A stretch of 30,932 nucleotides of DNA from a virus (lineage: Duplodnaviria > Heunggongvirae > Uroviricota > Caudoviricetes): IMG/VR virus record IMGVR_UViG_2529293142_000025, positions 1-30,932 of that record; one strand, written 5' to 3'. The notes under the pieces were generated by a model. That model saw nothing but the letters and a program-made list of their open reading frames with translations. It did no database searches and was not told the origin of the DNA. The position numbers and the translations under genes are program-made. This document shows, in pieces, positions 17,627 to 24,883 of this stretch (its first letter is position 1; every line of letters begins with the position of its first letter).

Positions 17627-17988
17627 TGATTCACCTCCTGCGGTGGTTCAGGCAACGCTTCCAGTGATGCTTTCACAAACCACGCGGCCTGAACTATTAC
17701 GTCATGAATCCAGCGCAAATCAGCCTCGCGATCTTTCTTTTTCATCTTTTCGCCACTTAAAGCCTGGCTTATGTGGCTGCGAACCAGGTTTTCATGTAAT
17801 TCCTTCGCATCCTCAATGGTGAAACCACCAGGCAGGCGAGCCGGAGCTACCGGAGAGTTGCCAGCCTTACGCATGGCCATTTCCACGATTTCAACCATAT
17901 CTCCTGGTGGAATTTTACAAAGTTGCCCAATACATTTCTGCTGCCTGGCATATTCGAGAATGTGCTCCAGTTTGGTTCGATTAATCAT
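17623..17988 (-). CDS. nin-region hypothetical protein
   Basis: 121 aa ORF coupled to neighbours on both sides. Confidence 0.4.
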   Translation of the reverse strand: MINRTKLEHILEYARQQKCIGQLCKIPPGDMVEIVEMAMRKAGNSPVAPARLPGGFTIEDAKELHENLVRSHISQALSGEKMKKKDREADLRWIHDVIVQAAWFVKASLEALPEPPQEVNQ

Positions 17989-18401
17989 TATTTATCTCCC
18001 TTAAGCATGGCGGCGCGGCAGGCGTTCCAACCATCAGCATATGTTTCAGTTACACCGTCGAGATGGCAGGTAAGCAAATCCATTTCATCAGGCACTACCA
18101 TCGCTGGCGGCGCTGCGTAAAGCGGTGTTATTTCTGCCCGAAAATCACCGACTTTATGCAGTCGCACCCAGCGTTCGGCTTCTGCTTTGTCAGAATACAT
18201 AGCGGTGAACGTATTATATTCATGGTCAATTTGCGTGAAGGTTGCCTTCCACGCCACCGGTTCTGCTTCCAGCGATGCCAGCGCGATACGAAACACATTA
18301 GCAAGCAGGCTGTCTGAAGATTGGTTATCGTGCGCCGCGTCGCTCAGGAAACCAGTGATGAATGATTTAATCTCCGCGTTTTCTCTGAAAATAGTGATCA
18401 T
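17988..18401 (-). CDS. nin-region hypothetical protein
   Basis: about 137 aa from ATG 18399-18401, which lies 1 nt after the upstream stop. Confidence 0.4.
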   Translation of the reverse strand: MITIFRENAEIKSFITGFLSDAAHDNQSSDSLLANVFRIALASLEAEPVAWKATFTQIDHEYNTFTAMYSDKAEAERWVRLHKVGDFRAEITPLYAAPPAMVVPDEMDLLTCHLDGVTETYADGWNACRAAMLKGDK

Positions 18402-18402
18402 A

Positions 18403-18621
18403 TCAGTTCTCCTTATACGGATTAATTTTATTGTGCAGTGTGTTGAACGAGGCCCATACCACGTCGTTATACAATTCAATAACTGGCTCAATTATTTTCC
18501 CGATTACCCAGACAAAAATTAGCGGGGATATCGGTATCATCAACACGATAAACAGAATGAGAAACAAAAATTCTGTCGCTCTACTTTTTCGCGGATATTC
18601 TTTTCTGAATAATGCAGTCAT
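18403..18621 (-). CDS. small membrane protein
   Basis: 72 aa with hydrophobic segment FLFLILFIVLMIPISPLIFVWVIG. Confidence 0.4.
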   Translation of the reverse strand: MTALFRKEYPRKSRATEFLFLILFIVLMIPISPLIFVWVIGKIIEPVIELYNDVVWASFNTLHNKINPYKEN

Positions 18622-18713
18622 TTATTACCGCCCTTTCGGGCGGCCTCCTGATGTTTTGAGGGTGCAGAAATCCCTCCGGTTAAGGATTAAATTTTTAACA
18701 GCGCTAAATTTAA

Positions 18714-19070
18714 TTATTCAGTTCTGGATTTTGTCGCCCTACGTATCCGCGCTTTCGCGTTACGCTCAATCTGAATTAACTTTTCTATATTTTTCCGCCT
18801 TTCTTGCTCCTCCTGGCGCAATAACCTTACATCATCTGCCAGTCTGGTTTCTCTTTTAGCCACAGAGAGCATCCAGTCAAACGGCTCCACAACTGCACCG
18901 CAGATTTTACAGCGGACCTGACGCTCTTTTTCGTCAACCTGGACAGAAGCGTGATGACAATATGGTCTTTCCGATGGCTCATAAAGAAAATTAACCTGAT
19001 TACGCGGGTCATCCTCTTTTACCGGAAATAAAACAATATTACTTAACTCATCTTCTGGTTTTATTCCCAT
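18714..19070 (-). CDS. nin-region hypothetical protein with Cys/His cluster
   Basis: 118 aa from ATG 19068-19070 with AAGGAGAGGAG SD; CHH...C..C pattern. Confidence 0.4.
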   Translation of the reverse strand: MGIKPEDELSNIVLFPVKEDDPRNQVNFLYEPSERPYCHHASVQVDEKERQVRCKICGAVVEPFDWMLSVAKRETRLADDVRLLRQEEQERRKNIEKLIQIERNAKARIRRATKSRTE

Positions 19071-19512
19071 ACTCCTCTCCTTTGATGTGAATGCCAGCAA
19101 CACGTAGTGCATGTTCTAAGTCAGCCAGATAAAGCCAGCAGCCATTTTCTTTAGGTATCATGACGTGGCGCTCATCATCATTTATCGGATGTCCATATCG
19201 AAGGCCGTAGCGAGTCGGCAAATGAACTTCCCGCGCTTCCAGCTCTTTAACACGTTCCTCGAGTTCGTAGACTCTGCATTGTTCTTTATCATCAATCAGA
19301 TATAACCCAAGACATTCGCTTTCTACCCAGCCACCGAAATCATGATCGTAACGCTCACACGAAAACTCACCATCGCTGTCCTTTGTTGGAATGGTGTAAC
19401 TGTCTAATGGGCCGCCATACGTCGGCACATTTCCCAATGTCGGATGCTCAATCCACATGAAAAATGCACGTCCGGTTATAGGACAAATATCTGGTCGCCA
19501 TTGGTTACTCAC
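19048..19512 (-). CDS. nin-region hypothetical protein
   Basis: about 154 aa from GTG 19510-19512, 6 nt after AGGAGG. Confidence 0.4.
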   Translation of the reverse strand: MSNQWRPDICPITGRAFFMWIEHPTLGNVPTYGGPLDSYTIPTKDSDGEFSCERYDHDFGGWVESECLGLYLIDDKEQCRVYELEERVKELEAREVHLPTRYGLRYGHPINDDERHVMIPKENGCWLYLADLEHALRVAGIHIKGEEYGNKTRR

Positions 19513-19804
19513 TGTTTGCCTCCTGGAAAATAACTGCATGCCCCAGTTTCTCCGCCAGCGCCAGTTCTGCCTTAGCACCTGCTGACCGCTGCCAGCCTTT
19601 CAGCATGTAAATCGCATCCACACAACGAATCATTGCCATGCAAATATCCATGTAGTGTGGCTGTGTCAGTCCGTCCGGAAGTACTGCCGGGTTTAAGACT
19701 GTATGCCCTTCCCGTTTCAGTTCCTCTTCCGCCTTGTGGAACGCCTCACGGTTGAAATTTTTATATCCGGTCATTGGACCGGCGATATAGACTCTCACCC
19801 TCAC
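19505..19804 (-). CDS. nucleoside 2-deoxyribosyltransferase-like protein (DUF4406-like)
   Basis: 99 aa beginning MRVRVYIAGPMTG...; family assignment from memory. Confidence 0.4.
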   Translation of the reverse strand: MRVRVYIAGPMTGYKNFNREAFHKAEEELKREGHTVLNPAVLPDGLTQPHYMDICMAMIRCVDAIYMLKGWQRSAGAKAELALAEKLGHAVIFQEANSE

Positions 19805-20229
19805 GCCATCACCTCCTGAAAATTACCCTGATAAAACGCCAACACTCGCTGCATAACCTCACTCTTCCGGCACTCGCGACAGATTATGTTCAGGTGTCTG
19901 TCGTAGCGGCGTATTTCTCCGTCTGGTAACTTTCGAATCAGTGTCTGGTCAGTTGTTTTCTCCGGTGTCTTACGCCATTCACGATACGCCTGCTCTGATG
20001 CAAAAACACCGTATTCCCCGGACATATATAAATCACCACAAGCCAGTACATCCACAAGGCAGCGTCGGACCGAATGCCAGCCAGCTCCCGTCGCTCTCTC
20101 CAGTTGCGACATCGTCATGCGTTCATTTTTGCGTACCAACCCGATAATTCGTGCCTTTAGCTCTTCCCGCTGTTCGGATGTAAAAACTTTTGCCACAAGT
20201 CCTCCTGAAAAATCACCTTCACAATTCAT
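19801..20229 (-). CDS. Ren-like protein
   Basis: 142 aa; C-terminal LNIICRECRKSEVMQRVLAFYQG resembles lambda Ren C-terminus; located directly after the P-like gene as in lambda. Confidence 0.4.
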   Translation of the reverse strand: MNCEGDFSGGLVAKVFTSEQREELKARIIGLVRKNERMTMSQLERATGAGWHSVRRCLVDVLACGDLYMSGEYGVFASEQAYREWRKTPEKTTDQTLIRKLPDGEIRRYDRHLNIICRECRKSEVMQRVLAFYQGNFQEVMA

Positions 20230-20891
20230 ACAAAACCAGCTGCCTTCCGGCGTTCATACTCCCGTTTCAGCAACTCAATTGGTGTTGGCCCCGACGGGCG
20301 TTTTGGTGCTGCCAGTTGCCGCCGTACGGGCGGAACGCTGAAGCCGTCACCAACATGCTTTGCCCATTTCGCTAGTTGCCGTTCTGCAAGTCGTTTTAAC
20401 TCCCCTTCGGTCATCTGGCGCTCAATCCCCTTTGAACGCATCTCGAGGCAAATGTGATACAGCACAGGCTGAGACCACGGGTATTTATCGCTTCCGTCGT
20501 ATCGCCAGGACTCATTGCGCCAGCGGCGGTACTCCTTCATCACAACATCAACCGTCAGACCGAATGGATTGGCTCCGCTTTCCGAAATCAGTGCCACAAA
20601 CTCAGCCAGGTCCGGAGGCCATGTTTCACCCGTCCGGCAGCGGTCCATGCACTGGCGGCAGACCTGTCGGATTTGCTGCTCAGTCATCGCGCCAATCTGT
20701 GCAATCCAGAGCTTCGAAGGTGCGGCCCCGTTCTTCTGGGTCCAGCGGTTCGAATAAATCTCCCCCATGAGTTCCCACAGCTTCCAGGCAGTTTCCGTCG
20801 TTGATAAATCCGTTTTCACGTTCCCACTGCTCACGTGCTGCCCGAATTTCCTGAACTGCCCGTGATGCGGTGCCACCTGGCGCGGCTGCAT
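20226..20891 (-). CDS. replication protein P-like (helicase loader)
   Basis: 221 aa; central and C-terminal similarity to lambda P (..YPWSQPVLYH.. vs ..YPWKSNAHYW..); SD AAGGGGGTGA before ATG 20889-20891. Confidence 0.6.
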   Translation of the reverse strand: MQPRQVAPHHGQFRKFGQHVSSGNVKTDLSTTETAWKLWELMGEIYSNRWTQKNGAAPSKLWIAQIGAMTEQQIRQVCRQCMDRCRTGETWPPDLAEFVALISESGANPFGLTVDVVMKEYRRWRNESWRYDGSDKYPWSQPVLYHICLEMRSKGIERQMTEGELKRLAERQLAKWAKHVGDGFSVPPVRRQLAAPKRPSGPTPIELLKREYERRKAAGFV

Positions 20892-21726
20892 GACTCACCC
20901 CCTTGCTGACTGGTTTAACCTGCGCCCTGACGTGATTTACGTGACGGGCGAATTTCTGCTCCCACTGAACCTGCGTGAACACTTTGCCCTCATCGCTCCA
21001 GTAATCCCGGAAGGCGGCAAGTTCAGCAGGTGTAAATTCCGGCTCCGGCAGAGCCACTCCCCACAGTGCAGCCCGTCGTCGGAAATCCGGCGACGGATTC
21101 CAGCCGGCGGTCATCGGAAATTTTCCGATGGGTTCGCTCAGGCCTTCCAGGTAATCAGGTTCCGTTGCCTGCAACGGCAAACCATTCGACTCACTGACCG
21201 GAGCACTCTCGCGCACGCGCGCGTTATGTGTGGGGTTTAATTCTTTATCTGTATCTTTATCTGTCGTGACTCGTCGTGACATGTCGTGACATATGCGTGA
21301 CTCGTCGCGCGCCCCCTCATTCTGTTTTCGTAATTTTTCCCTCTCGCGCTGCGCTCTCTTGCGCTCTGCCGGGGATTTCGCGGTTTGTGAAACGTTGCCA
21401 TTGTCCTCTTTCAGTACCTGGCGTTTTTCCCATCCACTGATCAAATCTCCATCAAGTACCCGCCCCTGCATTGCCTGTAAAATTGAATCAATTACTTCTT
21501 CCGTCACATCAAGCGCACTTGCTAAATCTTCCGCTGTGACATCAATGTGACCACGTAGTGACACGCCGTGACATGTCGTGACATTTCGTGACGCGCTCAC
21601 CAGAAGGTGGATATACACAGCCATCACTGTTGCGATTGGCTGTCCTGACACCCTGGAAATTGTTCGCCACTTAGGATCGTTTGGCATGTCATGCCATAAT
21701 CTGAGCCAGGCGTTAGCCATACTCAC
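20680..21726 (-). CDS. replication initiator O-like protein with DnaT-like C-terminal domain; 3-prime end uncertain
   Basis: N-terminal HTH/replisome-organizer-like region; FPMTAGWNPSPDFRRRAALWGVALPEPEFTPAELAAFRDYWSDEGKVFTQVQWEQKFAR matches the DnaT C-terminal region from memory; contains two iteron arrays; the ORF overlaps the P-like gene by 212 nt. Confidence 0.55.
   Translation of the reverse strand: MSMANAWLRLWHDMPNDPKWRTISRVSGQPIATVMAVYIHLLVSASRNVTTCHGVSLRGHIDVTAEDLASALDVTEEVIDSILQAMQGRVLDGDLISGWEKRQVLKEDNGNVSQTAKSPAERKRAQREREKLRKQNEGARDESRICHDMSRRVTTDKDTDKELNPTHNARVRESAPVSESNGLPLQATEPDYLEGLSEPIGKFPMTAGWNPSPDFRRRAALWGVALPEPEFTPAELAAFRDYWSDEGKVFTQVQWEQKFARHVNHVRAQVKPVSKGVSHAAAPGGTASRAVQEIRAAREQWERENGFINDGNCLEAVGTHGGDLFEPLDPEERGRTFEALDCTDWRDD
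21233..21301. repeat. iteron array 1 with adjacent AT-rich tract (candidate replication origin)
   Basis: AT-rich TTCTTTATCTGTATCTTTATCTG followed by 4 direct repeats GTCGTGAC with 10 bp periodicity. Confidence 0.55.
21545..21592. repeat. iteron array 2
   Basis: 4-5 direct repeats of nTnGTGAC with 10 bp periodicity, same orientation as array 1. Confidence 0.5.
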
Positions 21727-21791
21727 CTCTTCTGATACCGAATCTTTTTACTCACGAATTGCCGGAAGCGATCCGGTATGAATATTGTCAG

Positions 21792-22217
21792 TCAATGCAC
21801 AACCACAATATTTCCCGCCGGACCACCACGATTCATCTGATTGAAACCAGCGATCGCCACTGCGACAAAATCATCAGCGTCTCTCACCAGTCGTTCCCGC
21901 GTCTCCACCAGCTCCCGAAAATAGGCTGAACTGTGGCTGCGCATTCGGGCCACCAGCAGAGGTGGCATTGCTGTTTCGATCGCTGGTAACAATGCCTGAA
22001 TTTTTTTAACCGCATCAGGGGTGTCTTTCTCCACCCAGCGGAAAATTTTCTGAGTATTGCGAGCCAGGGCTTCCGGATGGCTGTCGTCATACAGTTCTGG
22101 GAACGTCATACCCAGTTCAAAATAAGCCCTGGTTATTTCAGCTGCCGGAACTTTTTCACCGTCCGGATGCGCCCAGGCATTCATCGCCATGCGGATGTGT
22201 TCATGCTTGATTTTCAT
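21792..22217 (-). CDS. ydaT: YdaT-like protein (CII-position gene of Rac-type immunity region)
   Basis: 141 aa beginning MKIKHEHI; position immediately after the cro-like gene. Confidence 0.45.
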   Translation of the reverse strand: MKIKHEHIRMAMNAWAHPDGEKVPAAEITRAYFELGMTFPELYDDSHPEALARNTQKIFRWVEKDTPDAVKKIQALLPAIETAMPPLLVARMRSHSSAYFRELVETRERLVRDADDFVAVAIAGFNQMNRGGPAGNIVVVH

Positions 22218-22482
22218 GAATCAAGCTCCTAGAAAGTGGTTGTGTTAACGTTTTGGTATCTTCCAGCTCGGGCCAAATATTCATCCAATCAAAAGGCCTT
22301 AGTTGCTGACGTGTAACTTCACCATTACTGGCTCGCTCAATAAGGACACATAACGATGCCCCTAACACTTGACCTTTACTCAATGCCTTTCTTAGATAAC
22401 CGATGCTGGTACCACACTCGCATGCAAACATACGCTGTTCATCTGACGAAAGAGAATTGAGAAATATTCTTAATTCTTCCAT
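22201..22482 (-). CDS. ydaS: YdaS-like Cro-type HTH regulator
   Basis: 93 aa with HTH-like CGTSIGYLRKALSKGQ; divergent from repressor gene. Confidence 0.5.
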   Translation of the reverse strand: MEELRIFLNSLSSDEQRMFACECGTSIGYLRKALSKGQVLGASLCVLIERASNGEVTRQQLRPFDWMNIWPELEDTKTLTQPLSRSLIHENQA

Positions 22483-22499
22483 AGCTACTCCTTAGTAAA

Positions 22500-22582
22500 C
22501 ACAGCAAAGAATACCTGCAGGTAAACAAAAGTCAATACCCACAGGTTGTTTACCTTGCAGTAATCGCATCTATTATTTACCT
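22500..22582. promoter_or_regulatory. divergent promoter/operator region between ydaS-like and racR-like genes
   Basis: inverted half-sites GGTAAACAA (22520-22528) and TTGTTTACC (22546-22554) within flanking inverted repeats CCTGCAGGTAAACAA / TTGTTTACCTTGCAG. Confidence 0.5.
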
Positions 22583-23001
22583 ATGGACAAATATGAATTT
22601 AGACGACAGCAACTCATCAAAATTCGTGATGAGAAATGCGATGGTAAAGCGGTTAACGTGGCCAGAAAGATCGGGCGCGAGCCTTCTTATGTATCAAGAA
22701 TGTTGTACCCAGAGGGGAAAAAGGGAAAAAACGGATCGCTGATGATATGGTGGAGATTATCGAAGAGTCCTTTGGGTTACCCCGGGGATGGATGGATGGT
22801 ATCGTTTCATCATCAACGAACACAGCCTCCAGTTATGAAACAAGGGTTCTAACGCCACGACAACGTATTTTTTTAGATCTCTTAGACGAACTGCCAGAAA
22901 GTGAAGCGGATAACTTATTAAAAACTCTTGAAGAGAAAAAACAGTATTACAATATGATCTACGAAGAAATCCGTAAAAAGAAAGCACAAAACGCATCATA
23001 G
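22583..23001 (+). pseudogene. racR: RacR-like prophage repressor, split by a frame break in an A-run
   Basis: ORF 22583..22852 carries the N-terminal HTH (VARKIGREPSYVSRML) then decays into non-protein-like sequence; ORF 22747..23001 carries the C-terminal part and is open upstream without a start; frames join with one extra A in the A6 run at 22726-22731. Confidence 0.55.
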
Positions 23002-23045
23002 CTCACCAAACAACTAGTCACCAGTTAAGACACCGCAAAAAATTT

Positions 23046-23080
23046 ACCCATAGGTATTTACTTTTTAAATACCTATGGGT
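23046..23080 (+). terminator. perfect 15 bp inverted repeat downstream of racR (terminator or protein-binding palindrome)
   Basis: ACCCATAGGTATTTA-CTTTT-TAAATACCTATGGGT followed by T-rich ATCCTTCTTTTC. Confidence 0.35.
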
Positions 23081-23260
23081 ATCCTTCTTTTCATACCAAC
23101 TCACCCCGCTCCACAGAATGCAGGGCAATACTTCGAGTTACCAGGCAGTGGTCAGGGGTTAAGTAGCCAGCCCGAGGCATACGAACATGACGGCAGTTGT
23201 TGATTGATACAAAGCGCAGTAGATAAAACGTTCCGCCACCCGGCGTTAAGGGGAAAAAAG

Positions 23261-23479
23261 ATGGTTGGTGAAGATCTGGTTGTTATTAACGGTCAATTGT
23301 GCAGCAAAGATGTGGCAGCCATGCTTATTAGCAAGGTTCTTCCAACTGTGCTGGAGGTCATTGCAGAAAAAGTAAAGGCTGGTCGTCCAGACAAGGAAGT
23401 TGAAGAGGCGGCAAAAACAGTTGTTCATGCCGCTACAGAAGCAATTATTTTGAAGAGCCTAGTTTCGCCCAAGCCTTAA
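23261..23479 (+). CDS. small hypothetical protein (YdaF/YdaG-position)
   Basis: 72 aa from ATG 23261 with AAGGGG SD. Confidence 0.35.
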   Translation: MVGEDLVVINGQLCSKDVAAMLISKVLPTVLEVIAEKVKAGRPDKEVEEAAKTVVHAATEAIILKSLVSPKP

Positions 23480-23639
23480 GTGAATCGGAGCTTTTTTTAG
23501 CATCACGTTCATTAAGTAGTGACAAAAACTCATTCTCAGCATTCTCGATTTCCGAGAAAAATTCTTGATGAGTTGTTTCTCGCTGCGATCTGATGCTGAA
23601 AGCTAAAGCAAGTAGCCAGGCTTTGTCTTTATTATCCAT
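23445..23639 (-). CDS. hypothetical small protein in sieB-position region
   Basis: 64 aa ORF, no clear SD; convergent with the preceding gene. Confidence 0.2.
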   Translation of the reverse strand: MDNKDKAWLLALAFSIRSQRETTHQEFFSEIENAENEFLSLLNERDAKKSSDSLKAWAKLGSSK

Positions 23640-24044
23640 CGGAATACCTTATTACTGGTTGTGTGAGAACTCCAGTATACCACCGAGCCTGAAGTGGTAA
23701 AAAGACAGGCGCACAACACGAAGGCGCACGGAGGAGGTGTTTTTCCCTTAGAAGGCTTGTCGTTAAACTTCTTCGACCGTGCGCTTCCGGTTGTGAATAA
23801 CAACACTGCTGTGTGTAGTCTTGGTGGCATCAGTTTTTTCTTGAAGTTCGACTGATGTCCGCCCTTTTTAAAGTGAATTTTGTGATGCGGTGAATGCGGC
23901 TAAGCGCACGCGGCACAGTTAAAAGTCATGTTAGTCCTTATTGGTTTGGGTGGGAAAGCCGACTGTAATTGTTAACTGGTTGCAGTCACCTGGAGGCACC
24001 AGGCACCGCATCAACAAAGTTCATTTGTAAAAATGGAGATAATT

Positions 24045-24266
24045 ATGATTGCACATCACTTCGGAACTGATGAAATACCACGTCAGTGTGTGACTCCTGG
24101 TGATTATGTTCTTCATGAAGGCCGGACATATATCGCCTCGGCAAACAATATTAAAAAGCGAAAACTTTATATTCGTAACCTGACTACAAAAACATGCATT
24201 TCTGACTGCATGATTAAAGTCTTCCTCGGTCGTGATGGTTTACCTGTAAAGGCGGAGTCATGGTGA
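24045..24266 (+). CDS. kilR: KilR, FtsZ-targeting killing protein of Rac-type prophage
   Basis: 73 aa [32 protein letters not shown]...; GGAG SD 7 nt upstream; matches KilR as recalled. Confidence 0.7.
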   Translation: MIAHHFGTDEIPRQCVTPGDYVLHEGRTYIASANNIKKRKLYIRNLTTKTCISDCMIKVFLGRDGLPVKAESW

Positions 24267-24436
24267 TGACTAAGAAAATAAAATGTGCTTACCACCTTTG
24301 CAATAAAGGAATTGAAGAAAGCAAAAGCATTAAAAGACCACTTCATTTCATGCGTGGAGTTATCCCAACGACGGAAATGAAAAAATATTGTAGTGAAAAT
24401 TGTGCCGAAAAAGACCAGATGGCACACGAACTTTAA
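24266..24436 (+). CDS. ydaE: YdaE, small Cys-rich zinc-binding protein
   Basis: 56 aa [56 protein letters not shown]; start overlaps kilR stop (TGATG); below ORF-track cutoff. Confidence 0.6.
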   Translation: MTKKIKCAYHLCNKGIEESKSIKRPLHFMRGVIPTTEMKKYCSENCAEKDQMAHEL

Positions 24437-24509
24437 TTAACTGACTATGCGAAACTGAATTTATGCCAGCAATGGCAGGGATTCGCTCAACCTTAATTAA
24501 GGAGAAAAA

Positions 24510-24785
24510 ATGATTACCAATTATGAAGTCACTGTTGTAACTACCGATGACATTGTTCACGAGGTTAATCTGGAAGGAAAGCGTATTGGCTACGTGATTA
24601 AAACAGAAAATAAAGAAACCCCATTCACTGTGGTTGATATTGACGGTCCATCAGGCAACGTAAAAACACTTGATGAAGGTGTCACAAAAATGAGTCTGGT
24701 TCACATCGGAAAGAATCTGCCCGCAGAAAAAAAAGCCGGATTTCTGGCAACTCTGATTGCAATGAAATTAAAAGGTGAAATCTGA
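24510..24785 (+). CDS. racC: RacC
   Basis: 91 aa MITNYEVTVVTTDDIVHEVNLEGKRIGYVIKTENKETPF...; matches RacC as recalled. Confidence 0.65.
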   Translation: MITNYEVTVVTTDDIVHEVNLEGKRIGYVIKTENKETPFTVVDIDGPSGNVKTLDEGVTKMSLVHIGKNLPAEKKAGFLATLIAMKLKGEI

Positions 24786-24883
24786 AAAAAGAAAGCCTGC
24801 ACAACGTGCAGGCCTGAGTGAAGAACCTGGGACATTTATTCATCACTCGCAGTAATTTTAATCTGAGTTGAGGTTAAAAAACA

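Noticed and set aside
14671-21592. Possible CRISPR array (direct repeats at 14671-14733 and in the O-like gene)
   Set aside because: Repeats are 8-30 bp with no unique spacers of regular length; one set is in-frame coding sequence and the others are 10 bp periodic iterons.
23603-23830. 75 aa minus-strand ORF
   Set aside because: Pro/Ser/Thr-rich junk-like translation, no SD, sits in the kilR promoter/intergenic region.
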